DNA from: an uncultured Blautia sp.
GTDB taxonomy: Bacteria; Bacillota; Clostridia; Lachnospirales; Lachnospiraceae
Assembly: GCA_948436455.1 (NCBI GenBank)
Contig: CAOJIB010000001.1
Location: 9,525-73,524 of the forward strand
Length of the DNA: 64,000 nucleotides
Direction: 5' to 3'
Shown: in pieces, positions 1 to 9,892 of the stretch
How the letters are laid out: every line of letters begins with the position of its first letter
Numbering within the stretch: position 1 is the stretch's first letter
Position numbers and translations under genes: made by a program
Notes under the pieces: model-generated
The model's input: only the letters and a program-made list of their open reading frames with translations
What the model was told of the DNA's origin: nothing
Databases searched by the model: none

Positions 1-663
1 CACCTGCAAAAATCCCGGCGACGTCATCTGCATATAAAGAATGATTCCAAAAGGCATGATACTCATAATCAATTGTTCGGATTTCTTCGCTGCCAAGGTA
101 GCCTCTATCTCCTTTTTTACATCGATTTTATCCCCCAGCATCCGAGCGGTTTTTTGTAGAATACCCGGCAAGCTTCCGCCGGTACGCTTCGCCGTAGCGA
201 AAATAATCGCAAAACTCTCAATGTCCTCGAGCCGGCTACGTTCTCCCAGATCCCGAAATAACTCCTCTATCGGCACGCCGACCCCCAGCCGCGCTTCCAT
301 GTAATGGAACTCTTTCACGATGTCTTCCTGTTTCCCATACAGCTTTTCCAGGTCTCTGGCGCAGGCGCTTACGGCGTTTTCCATGGAATAGCCCGCCTGT
401 ACCGCCACATTCAGCGACGCCAGCGCGTCCTTAAACTGGTAATTCAGCGTTTTTCTGCGCTGGAGCATTCGCTGCTTTTTCATCCATAATAAATAGAAAG
501 CCGGCGCAGGCAGCAGCAAAATGAATACCCAGATGGATTTGTAGAATAAATAATTAATCAATACACATCCCAGCGCGCCCTGGCCCAAATATCGGCAAAG
601 CTCCTTCCATGGAAAGTCATAGCGGTCATAATCCATCTTCGCGCTCTTTTCTTTTTTCCTCAT
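1..663 (-). CDS. tadB: Tad pilus assembly protein TadB-like (T2SS F family), runs off the left window edge
   Basis: Manual translation (not in ORF track): MRKKEKSAKMDYDRYDF...QFKDALASLNVAVQAGYSMENA...FATAKRTGGSL; ATGA overlap with the cpaF stop. Confidence 0.85.
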   Translation of the reverse strand, partial: MRKKEKSAKMDYDRYDFPWKELCRYLGQGALGCVLINYLFYKSIWVFILLLPAPAFYLLWMKKQRMLQRRKTLNYQFKDALASLNVAVQAGYSMENAVSACARDLEKLYGKQEDIVKEFHYMEARLGVGVPIEELFRDLGERSRLEDIESFAIIFATAKRTGGSLPGILQKTARMLGDKIDVKKEIEATLAAKKSEQLIMSIMPFGIILYMQMTSPGFLQV

Positions 664-1847
664 AATCCCTCCTTTGCATTTTCCAGTTTTTCCCTGTGAT
701 ACAAATCTCCTACCTGCTCCAATTCCTCCTTTTCCCGCATAAAAAGCGGCCGCAGACGAATCTCTCCCTCCCGGCAGTCCGCCACTTCCGTCACCTCCAA
801 AAGTTTCCGGCTCCCGTCTCTTTGCCTTCCCAAGTGAAGCAAAAGCTCCACCCCGGAGGCAATCTGCCTTCGAATCGCCCCCAACGGCAGCTCCATCCCC
901 ATCAGCATCATCGTTTCCAGGCGGCTCACCATATCCCGGCTGCTATTGGCGTGGGCCGTCAGAAGGCTGCCGGTATGGCCGCTATTAAAAGCCACGAGCG
1001 CGTCGAAAAGCTCTCCTCCCCTAACTTCCCCTACGATGATTCTGGAAGGCCGCATACGCAGGGCGCTCCGGATCAAATCCCGGATCGTTACCTGCACATT
1101 GCCCTCCCGATTCCCCGTGCGGGCTTCTAAGGACACCAGATTGGGCAGGCAGGGAATCTGCAGTTCCGCGTTATCTTCAATGGTAATAATCCGTTCTTCC
1201 CTTGGGATGTAGTTGCACAGCGCGCCAAGAAAGGTCGTTTTTCCGCTGCCCGTTCCTCCGCCAATCACCATAGAATACCGGGCCTTTACCGTTGCTTCCA
1301 GAAAATCCGCGCACTCCTTCGTCAGACTATTTCGCCAGAGCAGCTCTTCCATCGTCATCGGATGCTTCGGAAAACGCCGGATGGTGAGAATCGGGCCGTT
1401 TAGAGCGATCGGCGGCAGCACCACGTTGACCCGGTCCCCGTTTTCCAACCGGGCGTCTACAATGGGCGAAGCTTCGTTGACCACACGATTGCACCTCCCC
1501 ACGATCTGCTGTATAACATCCTCCAGTTTTTCTCTGGAGGTAAACTTTTTATTCCAGGCGGTTATTTTCCCGCCCCGCTCTATAAAAATGCGCGCCGGCC
1601 CGTTCACCATAATCTCCGTTACTGTTTCATCATCCAAAAGCTCCTGCAGGACGTCCAGCTTTCGTACCGAATAGAACAATTCCTGTCCAATCGCCGCCTT
1701 TTCCTCCACTGACCAGGCGCTCCTTCTGGTGGCGTCCAGCACCAGCTCGTCGATCAGCGTCCGAATTTCCTCATCCGTCCGTTCGCCGGCCATTTCCAGA
1801 CGCTCTAGCAAGCGGCCGCGAATTTCTTTAAAAAGCTCTTCTTTCAT
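660..1847 (-). CDS. cpaF: CpaF/TadA pilus assembly ATPase
   Basis: Walker A GGTGSGKTT, TIED, ALRMRP, IVGEVRG and GHTG motifs; start placed at the ATG at 1847 overlapping the upstream stop. Confidence 0.92.
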   Translation of the reverse strand: MKEELFKEIRGRLLERLEMAGERTDEEIRTLIDELVLDATRRSAWSVEEKAAIGQELFYSVRKLDVLQELLDDETVTEIMVNGPARIFIERGGKITAWNKKFTSREKLEDVIQQIVGRCNRVVNEASPIVDARLENGDRVNVVLPPIALNGPILTIRRFPKHPMTMEELLWRNSLTKECADFLEATVKARYSMVIGGGTGSGKTTFLGALCNYIPREERIITIEDNAELQIPCLPNLVSLEARTGNREGNVQVTIRDLIRSALRMRPSRIIVGEVRGGELFDALVAFNSGHTGSLLTAHANSSRDMVSRLETMMLMGMELPLGAIRRQIASGVELLLHLGRQRDGSRKLLEVTEVADCREGEIRLRPLFMREKEELEQVGDLYHREKLENAKEGL

Positions 1848-2839
1848 ACAAGAAACCCTCGGACAAAATCTCCCATTTCGCTCCAAAGCAACTGCTCCGC
1901 ATAGTTCTCCTTTTCTTCAAGCATAGCGGCGGGCGGCTGCAGGCTTTGTATCTTTTCCAGAAGAGACTCGCAGTCCCGCAGGCGTAGCAGATTTTCAAAT
2001 TGCTGAATCTTACTTCTAGACACCCAGTCTGTGCGCACCGGCATATAAATTCTGTCGCAGCGCTCCAGAATTCTCAGCCATCCGTCCACGCTACCGCCCA
2101 TATCCAGAATTACAGCCTCATAAATACTTTGCTGCTCCAGCGCATCGAGCAGTTCTTTCCACTGGTCGTAGGCTGTATCCCGAATATCCTGCGGCGAAAG
2201 TACCGGCGGCAGATAGTCCAAATGGTTGACCGTCTGCACCATTCCATGAAGCTTCGAAATCAGGTTTGGCTTCGATTGCCGGACAAAATACAGCAGATCC
2301 CCCAACGTCTTTTCATAATTGACCGAAAACAGTCCTTCAAATCCGGAATATTCTTCCAGGTTCAAATACAACGTCGGCTTTTCTTTGGCCAAAAGCTGGC
2401 CCAGCGTAAGTGCGAAGGACGTTTTTTGTACTCTTCCCAGAGGTGAATACACGGCCAGCAGCTCCATAGAAGACTTATAAACCAGGGCTCCCGGGGCCGT
2501 CTCTACCTCCTCGCCGTAGCAGGTCATGATCTCCCGCAACACGACGTCGGAGGACTGGTACTTGTATATACTGGGATATTCTTTTAGCTCCGGCGAGCAC
2601 ATCCCCTCATTCAAAATAATCATCTGTCCCAGGGAAAGCCCCCGGATCGGCCCGCTCACCGCCCTGTCGGAAATCAAAAGAATTTCAATAAAATGCTCTC
2701 CGGCAAATTTCAGCAGTTGTTCCGGATCCGTAAAAACCTGAAGCTCAAAAGGTATATTTTTCTTCTGATTGAGATATTCCATCAGGCGGTATACATATGC
2801 CTTTTCCAGGTCGCAGACCGCTAAAATATGTCTTTTCAA
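1844..2839 (-). CDS. CpaE/TadZ-like receiver-plus-ParA/MinD family protein
   Basis: Degenerate receiver N-terminus, deviant P-loop YSPLGRVQKT, position directly upstream of cpaF. Confidence 0.7.
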   Translation of the reverse strand: MKRHILAVCDLEKAYVYRLMEYLNQKKNIPFELQVFTDPEQLLKFAGEHFIEILLISDRAVSGPIRGLSLGQMIILNEGMCSPELKEYPSIYKYQSSDVVLREIMTCYGEEVETAPGALVYKSSMELLAVYSPLGRVQKTSFALTLGQLLAKEKPTLYLNLEEYSGFEGLFSVNYEKTLGDLLYFVRQSKPNLISKLHGMVQTVNHLDYLPPVLSPQDIRDTAYDQWKELLDALEQQSIYEAVILDMGGSVDGWLRILERCDRIYMPVRTDWVSRSKIQQFENLLRLRDCESLLEKIQSLQPPAAMLEEKENYAEQLLWSEMGDFVRGFLV

Positions 2840-3345
2840 TAGAAACCTCCTGCATAAAGCATCACGCCCAGCAAAATGGGCACGGTAAAATGAATATTTT
2901 CCGGCCGTTTTCCCCTACGGTAATAGGGCAGCCGTTTTTTGGTTTGCAGCATCGTGGAAATATAGTGAGAGAAATACGCAAGACGCGGGCCAAAATTCCC
3001 GCAGGTAAAAAGGATTGCAGCGGAGAGAAGTCCGCCGAAAAGAAAGGCCAGAAGCATACAGCGGCAAATCGCTTTCGCCCCTAAAAAACCGCCTAGCACG
3101 GAAAGGAGCTTCACGTCTCCCGCTCCCAGCATCCGCAGCCAGAACAGGCCAAAAAGAAATATAATAGGAAGAGATACTCCCAGAAAATACCGGCCCAGCC
3201 ATTTTTCTTCGCCGCATACGCGCCGATAGAAAAATCCTACCAGCCAACCGGCCAGCAGCCAGCGGTTATCCACCTTCTCAAAAGCTAGATCCATACCGGC
3301 CGCTCCCGCGGCGAACGCAAGGGCCAGCGCCCCGCCAAGAGACAT
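2836..3345 (-). CDS. A24 family prepilin peptidase (CpaA/TadV-like)
   Basis: Hydrophobic protein with an N-terminal Asp (MDL) and GAGDVKL motif; first gene of the Tad operon. Confidence 0.85.
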   Translation of the reverse strand: MSLGGALALAFAAGAAGMDLAFEKVDNRWLLAGWLVGFFYRRVCGEEKWLGRYFLGVSLPIIFLFGLFWLRMLGAGDVKLLSVLGGFLGAKAICRCMLLAFLFGGLLSAAILFTCGNFGPRLAYFSHYISTMLQTKKRLPYYRRGKRPENIHFTVPILLGVMLYAGGFY

Positions 3346-3548
3346 AGAATTCCCCCTTTCATCATCTATACGTTCCCAAAAAACCAGCCGCAAAAATGCG
3401 CGCAGCGGATTTTCCAGAAACGCTTTTTAGTAAAATGCCCGACAGAGTTCAAAAGAACCGCCCGAAAGACTTCCTTATAAAATTAAATTGCACGCTTGGG
3501 AATCTGCGGCCTGAACCGGCCGGAAGACAATTAGATTTATATGTGGAT

Positions 3549-3577
3549 ATTATACCCGAACATCTGATATTTGTCCA
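3549..3577 (-). promoter_or_regulatory. SigA-type promoter of the Tad operon
   Basis: TGGACA-17nt-TATAAT on the minus strand. Confidence 0.7.
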
Positions 3578-3631
3578 ATACTTCTTTTCAAAAATTTCTA
3601 AAAAAACTATAAACTCTGGGGGCCTCGCCTA

Positions 3632-3660
3632 TTGACCTTTTATGCAATAACCTATATAAT
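3632..3660 (+). promoter_or_regulatory. SigA-type promoter of the PilZ gene
   Basis: TTGACC-17nt-TATAAT. Confidence 0.7.
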
Positions 3661-3750
3661 GTCTAAATATTGTATTTACGATTCAGGGTATGTCATGCAC
3701 GCAGACAATTGCCGGATGCGCCGCCCTGCGGCACAAGAAGGGAGAGGAAA

Positions 3751-4368
3751 ATGAATCCACTGTTACATGCCGAAAATGGAGAATTGTATAACGCCGACTG
3801 CCAGCTTCTGGCAAAAGTAAAATTCTCCAGAAGCACCACTTCTCTTATAGTAATACTGGCGCAGCCGCTGGAATTTGCGCTAGACGAACGCGTCTATCTG
3901 ATGCCAGAGGGCAAGGAGCATGATTATTCCTCCTTTTTGTGCCATGTGGCGGCGCCATGCGTCGAATATCACGTGGAAAACACAGGCGCTACCTACTATC
4001 TTCTGGAAACCAGCACACGGGACGATCCCTCTTTCGGCGTTGAGCTACGGGTAGAGGTGTCTTTCCAGATCCAAATTACCCTCGAAGGCTCCACACGGAC
4101 CGTGCCGGCCACAGTAAAGGATATCAGCGCCGGCGGCCTGAAGATTATTTCCAACGAGCTGTATGAAGAGGGTTCAGTTTTTTCCTTTATTTTCACCGTT
4201 CCACGCAATCCGGTGATCCTCAATGCCAAGATCATCCGCAAGCGGCCGTCCCGACATCCCGGTATGCACTGCTACGGCTGCCAGTTCTACGATCTTTCCG
4301 CGGGCGCGGAAAACGCCGTCCGCAAGTTTGTCTATACGGAAGATTTATTAAAGCGCAGGCGCGGATAA
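3751..4368 (+). CDS. PilZ domain protein
   Basis: C-terminal DISAGG motif and YGCQF...AVRKFV ending; RBS GGAGAGG before the ATG at 3751. Confidence 0.8.
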   Translation: MNPLLHAENGELYNADCQLLAKVKFSRSTTSLIVILAQPLEFALDERVYLMPEGKEHDYSSFLCHVAAPCVEYHVENTGATYYLLETSTRDDPSFGVELRVEVSFQIQITLEGSTRTVPATVKDISAGGLKIISNELYEEGSVFSFIFTVPRNPVILNAKIIRKRPSRHPGMHCYGCQFYDLSAGAENAVRKFVYTEDLLKRRRG

Positions 4369-4391
4369 AACCGTCCTGCGCTTTCGCGCGT

Positions 4392-4712
4392 CTATTCTTC
4401 TTCTGCCGACTCTTCTTCCGCCGCCGTTTCCTGCGACGCCTCCTGGGGTGCGAATTTCAGGAAATATGCATATATATCCACCACGGCCTGGTACAACTCC
4501 TCCGGGATCTCCGTACCGAGCTGCATCTGGGTCAGCACCGTCGCCAAGGAATTGTCCTCATGGACCGGCACGCCGTTTTCATTGGCGATCTCTACGATCT
4601 TTTCCGCCATATAGCCCATGCCAGAAGCGACGATCACAGGCGCCGCGTCACGGTTTTCATCGTATTTCAAGGCGACTGCCTTTTTATTGAGCGTATCGTT
4701 AGATTGTGACAT
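4392..4712 (-). CDS. FlhB cytoplasmic-domain-like protein (EscU/YscU/HrcU family, YlqH-like)
   Basis: KKAVALKY..APVIVASG..AEKIVEIA..IPEELYQAV signature. Confidence 0.88.
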   Translation of the reverse strand: MSQSNDTLNKKAVALKYDENRDAAPVIVASGMGYMAEKIVEIANENGVPVHEDNSLATVLTQMQLGTEIPEELYQAVVDIYAYFLKFAPQEASQETAAEEESAEEE

Positions 4713-6120
4713 CGACAGCGTTTCTCCTTTCAAAAATCTTCGGGAATGCCGCAGACACCGGAATGGATTCCTTGCCCTTTTCCAGCGCCAGGAAATTCAC
4801 TTCCATTTGATTTTTGCGCAAAATCTCCACGATTCCTTCCCGAATCTCCGATTCCCGATCCGCCAGGCTTTCCGGATAGCGCAGCATCATATCCATCTTC
4901 CCGCTTCCATAATACAACATCATATCGAAAAAGCCCACGTCCTTCATGTCAAATTTCACCAGAAGCTTTACCTTCCGTTCTCCGTCAGCGCCTCCTCCCG
5001 CGCCCTCCTCATCCGGATCCGCCCATATTTCGGAATAAATTGGCGTTCCGTTGACGATCATCGGCAGCATCGCATGGAGCACCGGCATATACACGCTCTC
5101 ATTGACCAGCATCCCCCGGACGATATTCATAAAATTCTCCCGATTTTCCAGACCGGCGCTTCCCTTCAGCCCGTCTTTTACAATATCCAGCAGCGTATCC
5201 CCCAATTCCGAACGGCCAGCTGCCCGGTCAAAATCCACGTTCTGCAAAAGATTTTTAAAATCTGCCTCGCTCATCCCGTCGAAGACCTTCCGGAAGGTAG
5301 GGAATTCAGAAAGCCTTTTAAATGCCTGCATCACGCTGTCCAGCGTCCCGTTTTCATAGCGGGAAGTATTATAGGTCAAAAGGTTGATCAGATCGCGGAT
5401 CTTCCCTAAGTCCCTGGTTTCAGAAATATACTTCCCCAACATGGGAATAATTTCTTCTTTTAATGTCTCCACATTCTGCGCCTGCCCCTCCTGGCTGTAG
5501 GGCAAAAGCTTTTCCGAAAGCTTCTGCAGCGTCTGGGCGTCCCGGCGGAACATGTGACCCTGGATCTCCTCCAGATAATTATTGATATTATTCAGCAGGT
5601 GTTTGCTGGAAGAAAGATCGTTGTATTTCTTCAGGAAATCCAGCACATTCGTCCGCAACTCTACCGTGCTGGCCTGGGACATGACCTCCCGGAGCATGTC
5701 GAAAAGCTTTCCCTGCAGACGATTGGCGCCGCTCATCTGATTTTTCAGGAAAGCCTTCATATCCTCCTGCCCCATCTCCAACATTTCAAAAAGCTCGTTG
5801 ATCTCCGCCGCCGTCCCGGCGCCGACACCGGCCTCCACCAGACTTCCCATGCGAGTGAAGAGGAACTTGGACATGACTTCCTTCAGGATCGGCGCGTCCC
5901 GCAAAGAGCGGACGAAATTTCCGTAATTGGAATCTGCCGAAATCCCCTGGCGGAACTGCTGTTCCCCGCCGGACTCCGTCCGGCCATCCGGCCGCGTCAC
6001 CTTGTCCGGATTAATTGGGTTTTTGATTTGTATATCTTCCTGGGGGGCCGTAGTATTCTGCTTATTGACTGTATTTTCATATCCCGAAACAGGGGTAGCG
6101 ACTTTCAAAATATTTGGCAT
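4699..6120 (-). CDS. Probable flagellar hook-length control FliK-like protein
   Basis: 473-aa ORF overlapping the FlhB-like gene, the usual pairing; FliK-C-like C-terminus is inferred. Confidence 0.5.
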   Translation of the reverse strand: MPNILKVATPVSGYENTVNKQNTTAPQEDIQIKNPINPDKVTRPDGRTESGGEQQFRQGISADSNYGNFVRSLRDAPILKEVMSKFLFTRMGSLVEAGVGAGTAAEINELFEMLEMGQEDMKAFLKNQMSGANRLQGKLFDMLREVMSQASTVELRTNVLDFLKKYNDLSSSKHLLNNINNYLEEIQGHMFRRDAQTLQKLSEKLLPYSQEGQAQNVETLKEEIIPMLGKYISETRDLGKIRDLINLLTYNTSRYENGTLDSVMQAFKRLSEFPTFRKVFDGMSEADFKNLLQNVDFDRAAGRSELGDTLLDIVKDGLKGSAGLENRENFMNIVRGMLVNESVYMPVLHAMLPMIVNGTPIYSEIWADPDEEGAGGGADGERKVKLLVKFDMKDVGFFDMMLYYGSGKMDMMLRYPESLADRESEIREGIVEILRKNQMEVNFLALEKGKESIPVSAAFPKIFERRNAVDVTI

Positions 6121-6215
6121 TTTTTCACCTACTTAATAATTTTCTCTTATCCTAAGCACCAAGCCTGTCGATATCATTATTATACTAAACATTTAGATAA
6201 GGCGGTGCTTATATT

Positions 6216-8291
6216 ATGGATAACATGCTTGAAATGTATCTCTACGAAACCAATACTCTGTTAGAACAATTAGACGAACTTTTGATAGAAGCTGAAAAAA
6301 ACGAAACATTTTCTACCAATGATGTAAATGAAATCTTCCGGATCATGCATACGATCAAGGGTTCCTCCGCCATGATGGAATTCTCTACTCTGATGGAAAT
6401 CGCCCATCATATCGAAGATTTATTCTTTTATATCCGTGAAAACGGCATGGATTCCATCAGCGAATCCCATAAAAGCGATCTGTTCAATCTGATGTTCCAG
6501 TCTACCGACGTCCTGCGCCAGGAAGTAGGCAAGCTGGAAAATGGTGAACCTCTCAGTACTAATATCGACCAGATGATTGCAGATATTAATAGCTTCCTCG
6601 AAAAAATCAGCCACGACGGCGGCTCCACGGACGATGACGCAACAGCGACCGACAACGCTGCAGGTGACGATGCCAAAGGAGGCGTTCCTCTCTCGGACAT
6701 GGCCTCACCCTATCAGATCCGGATTACTTTTGAGCCAGGCTGCGGCATGGAAAATCTCCGGGCCTTTATGGTCATAAATGCTTTAGAAGAGAACGATCTC
6801 CACGGCGAATATTTCCCCGCCGACGTGGAAACAAACAGCGACACCATCGACTACATCCTGGAGAATGGTTTCTTCGTGGGCCTGTCCTCCAAGGAAGCGC
6901 TGGACGCCGCCCTGACGGTCGTAAAAGCGCAGAACAACGTCGAGACCTACGAGGTCATTGAAAATACAGCTAAATACGAGCCCGCCGCTTCCGAAGCGCC
7001 TGCCGCCGAGGCTCCTGTCGCCGAAGCTCCAAAAGCGGCGCAGACCGCGGCTCCAAAGGCGCCTGCCACCCAAGAGGGCTCCGCTCATCACGCGGCACCG
7101 GCTAAGCAGAGCCTAATCAGCGTCAACCTCTCCAAGCTGGACGCGCTGATGGCCATTGTCGGCGAGATCGTTATTACCGAATCCATGGTAACTTCTTCGC
7201 CGGAAATCCAGAATTTAAAGCTGGACAGCTTTTTAAAATCCACCCGGCAGCTTCGCAAGCTCACGGACGATCTGCAGGATATTGCCATGTCTCTGCGCAT
7301 GGTGTCCGTATCCGGCACCTTCCAGAAAATGAATCGTATCGTCCGGGATATGAAAAAGAAACTGAACAAAGACGTCCGCCTGACGATTGTCGGAGAAAAT
7401 ACCGAAGTAGATAAGACGATTGTGGACAGCATCAGCGACCCGATCATGCATATTGTCCGTAATTCTATGGACCACGGCATCGAGTCCGATCCCCAGGAGC
7501 GTATCGCCGCAGGCAAAGAGGCCCAGGCGGAAATCGTCCTTTCCGCTGAGCATACCGGCAGCGCCGTTATCATTTCCATTAGTGACGACGGCCGCGGCAT
7601 GGATACCGAAGCGATCCTGGCAAAAGCGGAGCGGAACGGTCTTCTGACCAAGCCGGCCAGAGAATATTCCAAAAAGGAAATTCTTTCCCTGCTTATGATG
7701 CCCGGCTTTTCTACGAATGAAACGGTTACGGAATATTCCGGCCGGGGCGTGGGCATGGACGTAGTAAAGAAAAATGTCGAAGCGGTAGGCGGCATCGTTT
7801 CCATCACCAGCGAGCTGGGACAGGGAAGCTGTACGACGTTAAAAATCCCTCTGACCCTGGCAATCGTAGACGGCATGGAAATCTCCGTCGGAAAATCCAT
7901 CTTTACGATTCCCATCGCTAATATCCGCCAGTCCTTCAAAGCGAAACAAGAAGAAATTATCCTGGATACCCATGGGAATGAAATCATCAAGGTGATGGAT
8001 GAATTTTATCCAATCATCCGCCTGCACCAGATTTATAATATCGAAACCGACAGCGTCAACATCGAAGACGGCATCCTGATCTGGGTAGACGCCAGCGATA
8101 AATCCTATTGTCTGTTCGTAGACGAACTGATGGGCGAACAGCAGGTGGTGGTAAAACCGCTGCCCGCATTCCTAAGCAATTTCAACATCAAAGAAGCGGG
8201 CATCAACGGCTGCACGATCCTTGGCGACGGAAATATCAGCATCATTCTGGACATCCTGAACCTCTTTGGAGCGTCCCAGAACCAATATTAA
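6216..8291 (+). CDS. cheA: Chemotaxis histidine kinase CheA
   Basis: HPt motif IFRIMHTIKGSS, HIVRNSMDHG, DDGRG, SGRGVGMDVV, C-terminal CheW-like domain. Confidence 0.97.
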   Translation: MDNMLEMYLYETNTLLEQLDELLIEAEKNETFSTNDVNEIFRIMHTIKGSSAMMEFSTLMEIAHHIEDLFFYIRENGMDSISESHKSDLFNLMFQSTDVLRQEVGKLENGEPLSTNIDQMIADINSFLEKISHDGGSTDDDATATDNAAGDDAKGGVPLSDMASPYQIRITFEPGCGMENLRAFMVINALEENDLHGEYFPADVETNSDTIDYILENGFFVGLSSKEALDAALTVVKAQNNVETYEVIENTAKYEPAASEAPAAEAPVAEAPKAAQTAAPKAPATQEGSAHHAAPAKQSLISVNLSKLDALMAIVGEIVITESMVTSSPEIQNLKLDSFLKSTRQLRKLTDDLQDIAMSLRMVSVSGTFQKMNRIVRDMKKKLNKDVRLTIVGENTEVDKTIVDSISDPIMHIVRNSMDHGIESDPQERIAAGKEAQAEIVLSAEHTGSAVIISISDDGRGMDTEAILAKAERNGLLTKPAREYSKKEILSLLMMPGFSTNETVTEYSGRGVGMDVVKKNVEAVGGIVSITSELGQGSCTTLKIPLTLAIVDGMEISVGKSIFTIPIANIRQSFKAKQEEIILDTHGNEIIKVMDEFYPIIRLHQIYNIETDSVNIEDGILIWVDASDKSYCLFVDELMGEQQVVVKPLPAFLSNFNIKEAGINGCTILGDGNISIILDILNLFGASQNQY

Positions 8292-8355
8292 AATTCAAAA
8301 ATTCCCCTGTTCGCATCCGCGCGGCAGGATCATGATAAATTAGAAAATCGGAGGA

Positions 8356-8838
8356 ATGAAAATGTCAGCAAACACAATGGGAAATACTACTATTGACGAA
8401 ACAGGCGAATTCGAAGGAATCTCCACGGAGCGTTTCCTGACCTTTAATTCAGACGGACTGACCATCGGCGTGAGCACGGATTACGTCATTGAGATCATTA
8501 CCAACCACCAGATCACGGTCGTTCCTCTGGTGCCGGATTATGTAAAAGGCATTATCAACCTGCGGGGTGAAACCGTGCCGATCATAGATATCCGTCTGCG
8601 CATGGGAAAGGCGCCCATCGAATACACTAGCAATACATGCATCATCGTGCTAAATATCAATTCTACCCATGTAGGCATTGTGGTAGACGCTGTGCAGCAG
8701 GTCATCGATATTGATATCAGTCAGGTTTCTCCTGTCCCGATTGAAAGCCAGCAGGAACTGATCAATGGAATGATCTCTTTGAACAACCATTCCGTACTTC
8801 AGCTTCTGGATTGCACGCAGCTAATTCAGGTTTATTGA
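8356..8838 (+). CDS. cheW: Chemotaxis coupling protein CheW
   Basis: VPDYVKGIINLRGETVPIID motif. Confidence 0.95.
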   Translation: MKMSANTMGNTTIDETGEFEGISTERFLTFNSDGLTIGVSTDYVIEIITNHQITVVPLVPDYVKGIINLRGETVPIIDIRLRMGKAPIEYTSNTCIIVLNINSTHVGIVVDAVQQVIDIDISQVSPVPIESQQELINGMISLNNHSVLQLLDCTQLIQVY

Positions 8839-8971
8839 TCCATTTTTTGACATCTGTATAGAATAATTACCGTTCATTTCTTGACCGACGCATCCTTGCA
8901 AAACACGATTATGAACGGTAACTAGCAAAGAATCACCCTATATTCAGCAATACAAAAGGAGAGCGACAACT

Positions 8972-9784
8972 ATGTTAACGATCCGCGAAAGTGATTTTCA
9001 GCGGCTGGTTCAATTTGTAAAAAAAGATTATGGCATCGACCTGTCCCAAAAAAAGCAATTGATTGTCGGCAGATTATCCAATTCTATCATTTCCATGGGA
9101 TTTTCCTCCTTCCAGGAATATGTAGATCATCTGATCAAAACAAAAAAGCCGGAAGATCTGGAGGTGATGCTGAACAAGCTCACTACCAATTATACATACT
9201 TCATGCGGGAGGAAGCCCACTTTAAACTTCTAACAGACACGATCCTCCCTTATCTGGAAAAGACGAAAAGGGATCATGTCTTAAGTATCTGGAGCGCCGG
9301 CTGCTCCTCCGGGGAAGAGCCTTATACGATTTCCATGCTCATCAAGGAGTATTTAGGCAAAAAGGCCAGCTCCTGGGATACCCGGGTTCTGGCCACAGAC
9401 ATTTCCCAGAACGCCCTGCGGGCCGCCGCAAACGCCGTTTACGACGAATCCTCCCTGCGGGAGCTCCCCAAAGGCTGGAAGTCCAAATATTTCCGTCCTG
9501 CCGGACAGCCCGGTATCTACACCGTAGCGCCGGAGATCAAATCCAACGTAATCTTTCGGACGTTTAATCTGATGGGGCCCATCCGGTTCCGTTTAAAATT
9601 CGATGTGATTTTTTGCAGAAATGTGATGATCTATTTCGACCAGGCCACCAAGGAAGCGCTGGTAAATCGCTTCTACCAAGCCACGAATCCTGGCGGCTAC
9701 CTGCTGATCGGACATTCGGAAAACCTGAACAAACAAACCACGCCGTATAAATATCTAAGGCCCGCTACCTACCGCAAAGAGTAG
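8972..9784 (+). CDS. cheR: Chemotaxis methyltransferase CheR
   Basis: TTNYTYFMRE, WSAGCSSGEEPY, FDVIFCRNVMIYFD, GHSE motifs. Confidence 0.96.
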   Translation: MLTIRESDFQRLVQFVKKDYGIDLSQKKQLIVGRLSNSIISMGFSSFQEYVDHLIKTKKPEDLEVMLNKLTTNYTYFMREEAHFKLLTDTILPYLEKTKRDHVLSIWSAGCSSGEEPYTISMLIKEYLGKKASSWDTRVLATDISQNALRAAANAVYDESSLRELPKGWKSKYFRPAGQPGIYTVAPEIKSNVIFRTFNLMGPIRFRLKFDVIFCRNVMIYFDQATKEALVNRFYQATNPGGYLLIGHSENLNKQTTPYKYLRPATYRKE

Positions 9785-9892
9785 TGCGCGCATACAAAAG
9801 TCAAACCATATGCAAAACCCTGCATATGGTTGAACCATGACTGCGGCATAGATCCTATTACAGGAATGCCACAAGGAAAGGAAGTAAGTTTC

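Noticed and set aside
3396-3545. c-di-GMP-I or -II riboswitch upstream of the Tad genes
   Set aside because: Only an isolated GGGCAU match; the pseudoknot partner and GEMM motifs were not found.
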